A DNA stretch of 63,407 nt, the filler included, from Octopus bimaculoides (taxonomy: Eukaryota): NCBI RefSeq assembly GCF_001194135.2. It is 8 parts of 7 records of this genome, joined end to end, with 100 filler letters (N's around TTAATTAATTAA, not from the genome) between each part and the next. Parts side by side here need not be neighbours in the genome. Positions count along the whole stretch, not along the records: positions 1 to 23,814 come from NC_068986.1; positions 23,915 to 40,579 come from NC_068993.1; 6 more parts are not named here. The stretch is one strand, 5' to 3'. Below are positions 11,215 to 24,963 of this stretch, piece by piece; positions within the stretch are counted from its first letter, which is position 1; each line of letters begins with the position of its first letter. Under the pieces are notes generated by a model. It searched no databases. It worked only from the letters and a program-made list of their open reading frames with translations, and was not told where the DNA came from. A program made the translations under genes and the position numbers.

Positions 11215-13479
11215 CTGTAACACCCAAAAATATGATTTAAACCTTTAACAAAAATACATCAGTTAGTTTCTCATAATGGAAGATGAGTTTGGTGTGACAA
11301 AAAAAAAAAAAACTAGGTAAAAAGAGAATTAGAGCTTTGTAGGTTAAAATTTTTTCATGAAATTATGTAGGCTCTGGACAGTTGTATTTTCTAAATAGAC
11401 CAAATCCTTCATAATTCTTTATAGAATTCCTTTTAGTTGAAGATAACCATCTTATGGTGAATACTTGTTTGAGATGAGCTTAATATGGAACAGCTGTTAT
11501 ACAACTACTTCAATTAGTCAAGATACTTGACTAATTGAAGATTTTAGTCTTAGGTTGAGCATTGTTAAGATACTTTCTTTCTATTACCAGGCTTAGATGA
11601 GGAGTTACACTAAGTGGCTAATGAAACACATATTTCTCTTGCTTCTCATAGCAGTAAGCTGTATCTTTACATGGGGTGTCTTTTTATTACTACTGGGAGT
11701 GAGCCATTGAAAGTTAATTGTCTTGGCCTTGGATACAGTGTTAATGATAGATATGAATTATTGACTCCTTTGACAGACATTCAATTTAATATGACTCAAT
11801 CAACTACAGTTCTTTTGATACAGTATATTATTTTGCAGGAGTGGAATAATAGAGATTGTTGCACTAGAAGTGATCTAGATGTAAGTGTTTTATGTTTTAT
11901 TAGCAAATTTGCTACCTGACTGTTTTGAGTTCAAAACTCATTAGGTTTCAAATATGTTTTTAATCTTTCCATTAATGATAATAGAAATAATAAAAATAAG
12001 CTTAATAATTTCTTGTACTTGATGAGTTCATAGAGGTGATGCTTAATTTTGATTTATTGAAGCAGAAAGTGGATGAGAACAACATTAGCCCTGGGATAAG
12101 GTACTAATTTATCACAGATAACTTTTCCCAAAAGGTCTGGTACCTAGTTTATAGTAAAATGAACTGATCCAAATAGAATTAACAGAACAATCATACTTGC
12201 AGTACAATCTGTACATTTATAATATGATACATTATTCATTAATAAATTTCACTTCTTGTAACATACATAGATTGATTGCAATCAGCTCTGTAAAATCAAT
12301 CTGATGCCATTGTATTTTACTAGTTCACCATAATTTTTCAATGCCAATATTTGTGGGATAATTAAGGTGATGAGCTGGCAGAACCAAGTGCACACTGGGC
12401 AAAATGCTTAGCAGCATTTTGTCTGTCTTTACATTTTAAGTTCAAATTCTGTTGGAGTTGACTTTGCCTTTCATCCTTTTGAGGTCAAGAAAATAAGTAA
12501 CAGTTGAACACTGAAGTCAATTTAATTGACTTCACCCTCCTCCAAACCTACTGGCCTTGTGCTAAAATTTGAAACCAATATTTGTGAGGTGGTTTCTGAA
12601 AATTAGGATATTTATGTATAATTAAATCAATTGACTTTTTTGTTACAGCTAAATGCTCTTCCTATCACTGATCACTCAGTTCAGAAGTGCAATGAGCCTT
12701 GCGTTCGAGAATAAAACATTAGCTAGAGCAAAGATTTGACCCTATGACCTTGGTATTAGCAGTTCAGTATCTTAGCCTCACAGCCATTATTTGAGAAAGA
12801 GGAAAGCTGATAAAATAAATCAGAAATTATAGTAACATGCTGTTTTTTTTCCAGAACTTGAACTATGTGGAAGTAATTATGTGTCAGCATGTAACTACTT
12901 TAAAATGCAAACAACTACTTCCCCACCCATGCTCTTCTTACACAATTACTAGCAAGTCTTTAGTACCAATTAAGGTTGAATTATATTACCACTCTTATGA
13001 AGTATAATGGCCTTGATACTTGAAAAGAAGGAGCACTTATAATTTTCAATCATTGTAAATTGTATTTATATTGAAGCCATTGGACAAACACAAAATTCTT
13101 ATGGAAATATTATATAACATTTATTCTTGATAACAGGTGGTAGGGAATAAATGTCAAATGTACAATTTAGATTACAAAATTTGCTAAGATAATTGAATCA
13201 ATAGGATATGTATAGCATGACTTTGATAGTTGTAAAATGTCAGAGGTAAAAAGGATAAATGTTAAGAGAAAAGTGCATAAAATTTTAAAAATCTTAGTCT
13301 CACATGTTGACAGCAACAAGAACAGGTTTGTTATAGATACAGGGAGAGAAAAATGTAACTCAGATGGAGAAGAAAAAAAATCAATGCAAAAGAAACAAGT
13401 TGTTTTACAGGTCACAGAGATTCATAGTGCTAGTTTATTTCTCTTTGGGGAGTATGCTATTAATTTCTATTTAGAGAGT

Positions 13480-15100
13480 ATGTTATTTTGTCATGAGTAA
13501 CTTTCCAAAAAATCCTGATAGCTTAGGCTAGTTTTCAGAAAGGCGAGCATCTTCAAGCAGTTGCAACTTACAATGCTGTGCCAAAAGTCTGTCCTCCAGT
13601 AGCTTTGGTAGGTCCTCAGTTTCATGTTATGTGTCTCTTCCAATAACATCAATGTAGTTGAGTGGTCTTCATCCTTATTAAGGTGCAGAGGATTCCAAAT
13701 TTTAACATCTGACATGGCTTATTGTTCAGTTTGATAGTTGTGGCCAGTAAAGCCTACTCTGCATAGAACAATAATAATAGAGATGGTTAAAATGTGTCTA
13801 TAAATCTCCTCTTTGGCTTTGTGCTCACACTTTATTTTAAGCCCTTATGTCTCATCAAGGCTATCTTGAAGTTCCTTTTTCATAGTCCAGATTCCAGCTC
13901 CTCAGAGGAAAATGCTCTTTACATATGTGCTGAAGAAGGCAAGCAGTGTTGACTTTGAAATACTTGATTGCCAGATGTTTTGGAGCTTGTTTCAGTCACT
14001 CTAGGTCAGTTCTAGTATGTCAGGAAGTATTTCTAACTGAAAGTAACATAAAACCTAAAGTACTCAAAGTCATTGATTTTGGGACAAATTGGCAGATGGC
14101 TTTTGTTCGTTATTGATGGTCATGTACTCAATCTTCTTTAGCATTGAAAAACACCATGTTTTGCTGTTGTATTCTCAGGGATGTTAACAAGTCTTATGCA
14201 TCATACAGTTCAGTTGATGATATGTGAGAGGAAGATCATCAGAATATATCTGACCTTCTCTGAAGGTCAGAGAAATGCAGTTTCTGATATCTCTGCTGAT
14301 ATCTTGATCCCCTTCTGCTTGCTGGTAAGGCCTTTGTCTTGAATGTGGTCATGATTTTAGCTAAAGATGTAGTCTATTAAAATTACAAAAAAGAAAAGGA
14401 GCTAAGATGTTTCCCTGAAAGATTCCTGTTGTTATTTAAAATTCTCTAGTCAGATCAGTTGCACTTTGCACAAAACTTGATTGTCTTTGTACAAGGCAGT
14501 GATGGTTTTGGAAATTTTATCTAGTATATCATTGTTCTACAGAATATATAACATAGCCTTTCCACTGATACTATTAAATATCTGAGAGAAATCCACTATG
14601 ATACTCATGTCTTTTGCTTGGAGATTTTGAGCTCTTCTCTAATTCTTCTACAGATAAGAATCTATGGTAGTGTTGATCTGCATCTGCAGAAGGCATTTTA
14701 GTTCTATTTTAGAATGGAATCAATGGGGGATAATAAAGAACAGAAAGTTGTAGATTTTTGAGGATTGAGGTGATAATGTGATTTCTCTGTTTTGAGGTAG
14801 TTGAAGATCCCCTTTTTTTGTCAGTGGAATAATCGAAGATCTTGAGAAGGCTTGTTTCTTTTATAGGTCTTGTTGAAGAAGTCAAACAGATGATTGTGGT
14901 AGAGTGGATGCTTCCAGATGATGACTAGGATGTTATCTAGACCTTTTACCTAGCTGTTTCTTAAGATTTCTAAAGCATTTTTTGAAGATCTTTTATGGTA
15001 AATGGACAAATTTGGATCAGCAGGCTACATGCTTCTTTGTTGTCGAGTTTGTTGCTTGAAGATGAATTTACAATGCAACAATAAGGCATACTAAAGCATG
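13480..15100 (-). mobile_element. Old RTE-X-like LINE RT remnant in a GSTK1 intron
   Basis: Minus-strand fragments IIVDFSQIFNSI, TGIFQGNILAPFLFVILIDYIF, INDFEYF, IWQSSISKSTLLAFF; many stops. Confidence 0.7.
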
Positions 15101-15484
15101 AGAATTTCATGTTATAACCAAGAGTCACAGTGAAACTGAATAGATAACTTATGAGTTGTTATACATTTGAAAGAATTAAAAGGTTTTAAATCTAATGAGT
15201 TTTGTTGGAGCAATACCAAAGATGTTGCCTTTATGTAGGGCTTTTGAAAAAAACAAAACAAGATAAGCCTGAATATTTTTGCATTGCATTAATTCAAGGT
15301 GAAGGTTATTTCAGGTAAGAATATGTAGACAACAGCAGAGAAATTTAAGTGACTTTGTCATTGAAACATAATTATTTACACAACTTAAGGTTCATAAAAA
15401 TTCTAAAATTGCTAATTTTTATTATTTCTGGTGCATGAACAATTTTGCCAATTAGGTTAGGAATATGAGACAATATATTTAACT

Positions 15485-15700
15485 CATAGGCAGCCAGCTG
15501 GCAGAAATGTTAGTACGCCAGGCAAAATGGTTAGTAGCATTTCTTCTGTCTCTACGTTCTGAGTTCAAATTCCACCGAGGTTGACTTTGCCTTTCATCCT
15601 TTCAGGGTCTATAAATTAAGTACCAGTTGCGTACTGGGGTCAATCTAATCAACTGGCCCCCTCCCACAAAATTTCAGGCTTTGTACTTAGAGTAGAAAAG
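15485..15700 (+). mobile_element. tRNA-derived SINE, family A (gagctggcagaaacgttagc...gaggtcgactttgcctttcatcc)
   Basis: Conserved core repeated at 12370, 24635, 25060, 25722, 39735, 39965, 48570 (+) and 24030, 33370, 56760, 57590, 58415 (-). Confidence 0.85.
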
Positions 15701-16088
15701 AATATATTTAACTCCAAACCAGGTACAATTCATAAATTTGATTATCTTTTTTATGATAATAAACCACTCACAACTAATTTTTATAATAATGATTAAGTAT
15801 TGTTTAGTTTCAGAGCTTTCACCTTTAGTGAAAAAGTAAAACGAGATCACAGGAATATGTAAGAAAGAAACTTTCTCTTTTGTCATAGCAAAACATTCTT
15901 GTATGCAAGAAAAATATCTTGAGTACATAAATTGGAAGCTTTTTCTGAAAAAAATAGTATTAGACACTGCTTTCATATTAATTCATAGGAAGGCTTTGGA
16001 TAAATTAAAAGATGGTTAATGTAAAAATGTAAAGCTGTTTTAGTCTATATTGACTACAGTGGTGCATGAACTGAATCAAAAGAAAAAT

Positions 16089-16133
<45 letters not shown>

Positions 16134-17429
16134 CATGAGAGTTGAACAGTGACCAGATAGCATTTGTTTTATTTATTTGGCTAAAGGTCATTTCACCACC
16201 AATTACCACCACCGCCGCTGCCACCACCACCACCGCCACCACTGCTGCCACCACCACCACCACTACTACTGCTGTCACAGCCACCACCCTGCTGCCAAAG
16301 TCGACTCTACTGCCACTGTATTAACATCCACTTTTTCATACTTGCATGGATTAGAAGATTCTCTGAGGCAGATTTTCTACAGCCGGATGCCCTTTCTGTT
16401 GCCAATCCTTATTCGTTTCTAAGCAAAGTAATATTTCCCCATGGCCAGTCATTTTTCATGGAAGATTGGAAATAAATGACACCACTTGCATGATGCTGAA
16501 GATTGCATACAACTATCATGTAATATCAAGACAAAAAAGACAAACAAACACACACACACAACTTCTTTTAGTTTCTATCATCCTGGAACTATAGTAGAAG
16601 CATCTTGTCCAAGGTACCACACAGTAGTTCTGAACCCAAAACCATGTGACTAGGGAGTGAGCTTCTTAACCACACTGGCATGCCTGTGCCTATTTGTACA
16701 TATAAAAATATCCACCAAGTTAAATGTCTCAGATAACATTCAGCCATGATCCATACTGAAAGAAAGATTGAAGGAAAAATTACAGAAATATGACCATAGT
16801 GAGTAGATCAATTAACAGAACTCCTGTATTGAGTGACACTCTAATAAATTACACCAGTGTAACAGACAATCTTATGAATCATACCATAGTTACACATAAA
16901 TCGGTCAGATAGCTTGTCATTAAAGCTGCATAACATTTAAATGGAGATTAGCAGCATAAAAAGTAATGGTAAGAGGTTAGTATGTTTAAAGTTTTATTCA
17001 GTAACTAAGGATACAGCTCAGCTAACAGTTTAAGCAAAGGAAAGAGCTTGCTCATCACTGAATGGGTTGGACGGAATTTTGTTGAGGGAGATTTTTTATG
17101 GCTGGATGCTTTTACTCAACTGTTTCCAAGTGAGGTAATTTTCCCCATGACTTGACGTTTTTTCATTGAAGATTGGATACAAAGGACACTGCTTGCATGA
17201 CGGTGACACTCACTTATAACCATCAAGGCAAGGGTATAACAGCACACACACACACACAGATGCAGCAAGTTTCTTCCACTTTCTGCCTACTAAGTTCACT
17301 CACAAGGCTTTGGTCAACCAGGGGCTATAGTAGAAGACACTTGCCTCCACCATGTGAGCCATAAATTGTTAAAGAATAGAGTATTACAATATTCACCCTC
17401 CTTTAAGAAAATCAATAAACTCAGAGATT

Positions 17430-19190
17430 AAGATTTACCTGAACCTTGATTGTTTTCTCTTTGAATGGCAAAAAAATCATTCATAGGAGCAATAGACATG
17501 GTAGGGCATTGTGAAATGATTCACTGTCACTGAAAGAAATGAGAGTCCAGAGTGTTATTGAGGTTAGGATCTGATAAAACAAACTCCACTATCTTAACTG
17601 CTTCCCATGAAGATTTATGACAATTTACAACAGAAGAAAACGTCATTACATTCTTGTAGTTCAGCTTCAGCATGTTCACCCTCTTCTCCACATCAATAAT
17701 AAATATGAAAGCTATATGAAGAAAGTGTAATTCTCTAATGTAATATTTTGTCTTTCTTTTAGCATGCACTACTGGAATTTATTAAACACAATGCAGATAC
17801 TTTGTTGGAGTGTATTAAGAATGAAGTGTCTTTGCCATTTATATATGCCTTCAAGAATTGCAGAAGCTACCTTCTTTACAGAAGGATACAGCAATTCACT
17901 ATGTGAATGAATTCAAGATAGAAAGCAATAGGGCACCCAACTAGTGTTGCAGTTAGAGTAGTGAGACCATCATGAAGTTTAGCAAGATCATTATTTCTTA
18001 AAAATAAGGAAATGACTAATCACCTTCACAGAGGACCACCATATACTGTTTGGAAGGTACACTCAGCTTGGAACAGTTTTGATATTCCTTTACATGCATT
18101 GTACTCTGGCCATTCATCCTGATGCCTCTACATAACAGTAGAATATGTCTTCTGTTTTTGGGTGCTTTCAGGTAGGAAACACTTTCTAGAAGAATGTTCT
18201 CCATGATGCTGTCCACAGATATTTGTGGTCTCGAATTAAACTCTGTATCTAAATCTACTGCTTTACTTCACTGTTATTCATGACAGTATGTCTACATTCC
18301 ACAAGCTTTCCCTAGAAACAAGATACTATATAGGAATATTTCTGCAATTCACCTATGTAGGAATCGGTCTCATTCTGAAATGTCAGAGCCTTGAGTAAGA
18401 TATTCAAAGTTTGGGCTCCCAGAAAACTTTGTGATCTATCTCCAACATAAAGTATTAGTCTATCAGCAAGTCTCTGAAACTTTCACAGGCTTATGACATT
18501 ACCAGTGCCTCTTTTTCAATGTGAGCATACTTCTGCTTGATTGGTGGGAGAGATCTGGTAGTGTAAGTAAAAGGTTTCCATTCTTTGTTTCATATTTCTT
18601 TTTGTAGCAGAACAATTCTCAGTCTGAAAGTATCTCAGCTGACACTTTAATCTTTCTTTGAAGATCATACAGAATTAACAAAGGTGTACTTGAACAGTTC
18701 CTCCTTGGGCTGTTCACTGCTTTACTCTGATCAGCTCCCTAGAGCCAGTGATTCTTCTTAGACAGTATGTCTCTTATGGGTTTATCTATTTCTAATAACT
18801 TTGGAATAAACTGATCTGCCATCTGCAGAGCTCACTTATATTAGTGGGCTCTTGCAGCTTTACTTAAATCTGACTTTACTCCCTCATCTGAAATTATATG
18901 ACCAGGGAATCTTTATCTTCCGTTGTTGAAAGGTAACATTTTCATTTATATTCTCAATCTTCCTCATCACTGCATAAAGATATGAGTCACAGTTGTTCTG
19001 TATGTGTTCCCATTTCAGTACATCATCCATATGGCAAATACCACTCCCTAAATGCGGTAACTTCAGTAAATGCTCTATTCTGGAAGTGCTCAGGTATTGA
19101 GGCAATCTCAAAAAGTAACCATTTAAAGTATAACTGTCCAAGTGATGTAATAAAAGGTCATCAGTTTAGCTGATTCCTTGGAGTGATTTA
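17430..19190 (-). mobile_element. Gypsy/Ty3 pol remnant (RT, RNase H, integrase order)
   Basis: GICHMDDVL (RT); EWKPFTYTTRSL...QKYAHIEKEAL and EIDHK (RNase H); weaker integrase-like TFSSVVNCHKS...VLSD further downstream. Confidence 0.75.
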
Positions 19191-20947
19191 CCAGAAAAAT
19201 TTAGCTTGCAAATATACATTGCATTGGCCAGTCCAAGACTGTAAGAGCAGACACTTACCTATAGTATCACACAATGGTTGCTAAGAAAACTTTTTTGTAA
19301 TCACACAGCAATGCCTGTGCATGAGTGTATTTCTTTTCACTCATATATATTCCACAACTTAGAATAATCATTACTCAAGATGGCTTGCTTCCTCACGATA
19401 CCTCTCAATATTATTCTTTAAGTATCTATTGGTTACACCACAAAAATGTAAAAATAAAAAGAAATATTATTTTATTTTTACACTTTGTTATGGCTTCAAA
19501 AATTGTTTACAGAATAAAGACTGATAACTCAGAATATATGAAAAAGTAAATTGATAAATACTGTAACTTTCATTTAACTTTTATTACTTTATGAAGTGTT
19601 TGAAATGATATCTGTTCTTTACTTACTATAACTAGTATCTTCTATCTTTTATATGTTTCAGTCACTAGACTGTGGCCATACTGGAGCACTGCCTGGAAGA
19701 ACTTTTAGTTGAATGAATTGATTGCAGTACTTAATTTTTGTTAAGCCTGGTACTTATTCTGTTAGTCTCTTTTTTTCAAGCCACTAAGTTATGGGGACGT
19801 AAATACACTAACACTGTGGGCTTCTTTCAGTTTCCATTTACTAAGTCCACTCACAAGGATTTGGTCATGCTAAGACTATAGAAGACACTTGTCAAAGGTA
19901 CCAAACAATAGGACTGAACCTGGAACCATGTGGTTGGGAAGCAAACTTCTTACCACACAACCAAAGCAATAATATATCTTTCATTGTTATTGTTGCGGTG
20001 TGGTTGGTAAATACAAATAGAATCATGTTAAGAGGCATTATAAGGAAGTAACGTAATCATGTGTAATGATTGTTCTGAGTTGTGGAATATACAAGAGAGA
20101 CAGTGTACTTTACTAATTTTTGATTTTTCTCTGTAGATTGTTGATAAATGAAATGTCCTTTCAACTTGACATGGTATTTCTGCTTTAGAAAGCATGGAGG
20201 AAATGAAGAGAAATTAATTGGTAACTGAGTTTAAACTAGTTCACAGACTTGCTTCATTAGAAACTTAGATTGTATTTTGTGGCACTCAAGTTTTCGCATG
20301 TGAAATATTTGAAAGTGTGTGTGTGTAGAAATCTTATTGTTATTATAAGGTCTGCAGGTAATGGAAAACTACAGGCTTAATTATTAATTAAATGTGCTTT
20401 AGTGGATGAAGTGAGACTTACTCATTAAAAAAAAAGTTGTGCTGTTAATTTTGTGTAGGCTTTAGTAGGAATTAATATGATCAATCTTTGACAGCATAAA
20501 AGAAAATTATTTAGCTGAATCCTGAAGCTGCTTTTGCTAAAATGTAAAGGTGGTGAAAATAAACTATGAGGCAACATGTCAGGAATACAAACTTTATTGT
20601 AAAATATATAAACGTTAATTTACTGTTGACATGAATGTGAGGGTTTCATCTCATATAATGTATTGACAGCTCTTTTAATTTTCATATGAATATAGTGCCA
20701 TAGTAGTGAAAGTGGATATCTAGAAAAGCTATGGTTTAAGTTCTCAAATATCTTTGATAATGGTTCTTTAATGTCACAGAACTCTTTTCTTGTTTTGTTT
20801 TTTTTGTAAATGAACATTTTTGTAATTAATTAAACCAAAATATGATCCCAGTTTGTTTAGGGAAGCTCTTACAAAGTTGAAGTGAATATTTTGAATTAAA
20901 GAAATGAAAATGAGATAAAATAATATAAACAATACAACTTTATTTAC

Positions 20948-21029
20948 CTGTTTTCTGCATGATACCTCCAAGAAAAACAGGTTTTAAACACAAATTAATG
21001 TTCCAGTAGTTCTTATATCTGTTTAACAC
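20948..21029 (-). CDS. GSTK1: Glutathione S-transferase kappa, internal exon (VLNRYKNYWNINLCLKPVFLGGIMQKT-G)
   Basis: Acceptor tatttcag| and donor |gtaaat; 82 nt, phase 0 to 1. Translation matches the remembered human GSTK1 segment [28 protein letters not shown]. Confidence 0.93.
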
Positions 21030-22140
21030 CTGAAATAAATATTTTTTCAATATATTTTTAACCAAAGTGCGTCAACAGCATTAAGTAGTACATAAACACA
21101 AAAAAGAGTTTTAAAACATTTATTTTATAGCCAACGATTACACGTTACTAATTTGTTATTAAAATGTAAATTTTATTGAATTATTAATTCAAGAAATTCA
21201 TTTTCATTTTTAAAATACTCAGTGAATAGATTATTCTCAAGTTTCAATACAAGTTCTTCATACACTAACTTGTATTATTTCTCATGGATACATTGATTTA
21301 TTTTTTGTATTGGATTTGACATCCTATTTCTTCTTGTCATAAATTACTTCTCGAATTGGTTAACAATTAATTTATGTTGGTAACCCATCGACGTAGGAAT
21401 TTGCTGCTTTATGCATAAACTTAAGCAATATTTTCTAACAAGATATATTTTTATCTTTGGGACTTCAGGACGTTATTGATGGAAGGGAAATAACTCCAAT
21501 TCAATGATTAACGAAAGCAGCTAATGAAAATAGAACAGGAAACAAAAGATTAAGTGAATTGAGTGAGATAACAACAGATGCCTTCAAGCAAGTACTCATA
21601 AATAGTGATGTTGTAATAAATATGAAATATTTTATAGTTTATTTGGGGAGGGTGTTAAAGATAGCAAAGTCCTTTCCAGTGATTTACTGCTCGCATCATC
21701 CTGTTTCAACTTCATTAATATTGTTAATTTCCATGAAAGGCAAAACTGCCAAAGAATTTAGAACTACGCCCCATATAAATCGGAGGTGTAAATTTTTACA
21801 TATGATTTGAAGGAAACTCATTTGCCAGACATCCTTGTTTCATTAATGAATCAAAAGTAATCAATATTTGAGAAATCAAATCAAGAAATTTTAGATATAT
21901 ATATTTTTGTTTTTGCGTATGATAAATACAGCTTGTAAATTCACACGTTTGTTGTGAATTTAGTTTGATATTTTCAAATTTCAGATTCTTTCAATTTTCA
22001 TTACATCAGCTTTTGATATAATAGCTCGTCAGTTTGAAAATAGTTTGACTGAATTGAAAATCGCCGCTTCGTTTTCTTAATTTTTAATATATATATATGT
22101 AGTGAAACTACTATCGCCATCACATACAAACTATCTTCTC

Positions 22141-22335
22141 ATTTATATATAAACAAGCGCGGGCGTAGTGGAAAACATTTCCCTGTCATCACGTGACAGA
22201 TTATTATTTGAAGCGGCAACTGTTTCGAACCGTTCCCGCCAGAACGCAAACTGACCAATCACAGCTCCTAATAAGGTCACGTGATGGAGTGTTTTTCTGA
22301 TACCTTCGGGAGCCTACCATCAACTATAAATAGCC
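22141..22335. promoter_or_regulatory. CpG-rich core promoter, possibly bidirectional
   Basis: Minus-strand TATA-like TATATAAAT at about 22141; mirror-image E-boxes CATCACGTGAC (22187-22197) and GTCACGTGATG (22276-22286); TTCCCGCC E2F-like site (22233-22240); CCAAT box (22255-22259); plus-strand TATAAATA (22325-22332). CpG is locally abundant in otherwise AT-rich DNA. Confidence 0.6.
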
Positions 22336-23814
22336 CAAATTATACCCGGCAAATTCGTCTCGGTTCAGATCTCTTAGAGACTGTTCCGTGTACCACACAG
22401 CAGCAGCAGCAGTTCCAGCGACTACAGCAACAGCTTCGTCCAGCTACGACTACCACGACGTCGCCATCAGCAACACGAGTCTACGACTACTAACCAGCAT
22501 CATCGCCACCAGCATCGCCAACACAACTTTAACTACGAACTACAAGATTCGCCAATATCATCAACATAATTTCTATGTACACCAATAACCAAACTACCGC
22601 GGCACATATTCTCTCTTCGATTCTGTTAGGTGTTTCATCTTCACCACGATAAATAATAGACAAGAGTTCAGCCTGCGACGAACATCTGTATAACAAGAAC
22701 CTGGCCCGACATGGAAGCCACAACATCACAACTAGTGATCGCTCTGCCACATACACGCCTCAACTTCTTTCATATACAGACTCTTCCTATTGTGTGCTCT
22801 AAGAACTGGTATAAATGCTCACGTGTTACTGACTCTTTCTATCTGCTGTATATAACGCATACACATACATGTATCACTTACACACACTCTTTTCTTTATA
22901 CGACGGCCTGTCTTTTATTAGGTTTTCATTATGTCGCATTCACACTCACACACAGACATACATTTTAATGTCACAATAAATATTTCTGTTATTCATCTCA
23001 TACGGTTGTGTTTATCGTCAATTTATGAATTCACTATGTTATCGTAGTATAACATATATGTATATCATCTTTGATATATTTTTGTGTTCGACCGTGTGAC
23101 GCGTATAAATAAAAGGAGTCCTGTTTTTCCATTCGTCACCATCTCTCCTTTTTGGGTTTGCACGGTCGTTCTTACATATATAGATTTATATAAATAGAAT
23201 TCATGTTTGCTGACGCTGGTTTTAGTTTTATTCAAGGATTTGAAGGGACTAGAGTTTGTTGCGTTGCCAAAGTTAACTTATTACCATATATCTTACTTTC
23301 CAGGGGAAAATAGATATATGATGTTAGAGTGAAATATTCTTTGGATCTTTATGATTTGACAGGCAACACTTGTTTTCTTAACGAAACACTTTCAAACTTG
23401 GGACACTGGTAGAATGTGTCATATAAAACTTCTCTTAAACTTCTTAACAAAAAATTGTACATCGCAAGTTATTTCATGTTAAAGTTGTCGTATTTCTGTA
23501 ATTTCAACCAATCACTGATGTCTATTCAGCTGAATACAGTTAGTGCTATTCGGTGTCAAGTGTGTTATTCCCTGTTTAATTATAATCATTATTCCCTAGT
23601 AAGGGTTTAGGGTTAGGGTTATGAGTTATAGGGTTAAGGTTATGGCAAAAATAATCATAACCCTAACCGTAATCCTAAAACTAACCCTAACTCTAAAACC
23701 CGAACCCTAATCCTAAAACCCTAAAGCTAAAACCAGTACAAACGCACGAACGATATCATAAATAACAGTGACAAACGAAATATATACCGCTGATAGTTGT
23801 TGTTGACAACGGAT

Positions 23815-23914
23815 NNNNNNNNNNNNNNNNNNNNNNNNNNNNNNNNNNNNNNNNNNNNTTAATTAATTAANNNNNNNNNNNNNNNNNNNNNNNNNNNNNN
23901 NNNNNNNNNNNNNN
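23815..23914. other. Artificial 100-bp scaffold join (44N-TTAATTAATTAA-44N)
   Basis: The same 12-mer linker in about 100-bp N blocks recurs at 40624, 45679, 49380, 52180, 56680 and 61504. It has stop codons in all six frames. Confidence 0.95.
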
Positions 23915-24963
23915 TATATATGTACTTTCTTTGTAATTTGTAATATAGCAAAACATCAAAAGATATACCGCGGTTTCTTTTAATCACATACTTTGAGTGT
24001 GTGTGTGTGTGTGTGTGTGTGTATAGATTTATTTCTTTATTGTTCACAGGGGGTTAAACATAGAGGGGGACAAACAAGGACGGGTAAAGTGATTAAGTCG
24101 ATTACATCGACCCCAGTGCATAACAGGTACTAATCGACCCCTAAAGGATGAAAGGCAAAGTCGACCTCGGCGGAATTTCGATTCAGAACGTAAAGACAGA
24201 CGAAATACAGCTAAGCATTTCGCCTGGCATGCTAACGTTTCTTATTTCTTTATTGCCCTCAAGGGGCTAAACATAGAAGGGACAAACAAGGACAGACAAA
24301 GGGATTAAGTCGATTACATCGACTCCAGTGCGTAACTGGTACTTAATTTATCGGCGTGTTAACGTTTCTGCCAGCTCGCCGCTCTAATATTAATATTTAT
24401 TCATACATAAATGCATGAACACACACACACACACACATACACACACACACACACACACACAAATATATACGCACGTACAAGTCCATGTAAATGCGTGCAC
24501 CTGTATGACTTCCGTGTGTATACACAGACACACACATACACACACTCACACACGCACACACACATTGCAAATACTTTTGCAAATATTGGTCTCATGTTAT
24601 TGACCTATTAATCTCTTAATATTTATTAGTATTAAAAAGCGGCGGGTTGGCAGAAACGTTAGCACACCGGACGAAATGCTTAGCGGCATTTGGTTCGTAT
24701 TTACGCTCTGAATTCAAATTCCGCCGAGGTCGACTTTGCCTTTCATCCTTTCGGGGTCGATTAGTACCAGTTACGCACTGAGGTCGATGTAATCGACTTA
24801 ATCCCTTTGCCTGTCCTTGTTTGTCTCCACTATGTTTAGCCCCCTGTGGACAATAAAAAATAAATCTATACATACACACATACTCAAAGTATGTCATTAA
24901 AAGAAACCGCGGTACATCTTTTGATGTTTTACTATATTGCAACATACAAAGAAAGTACATATA

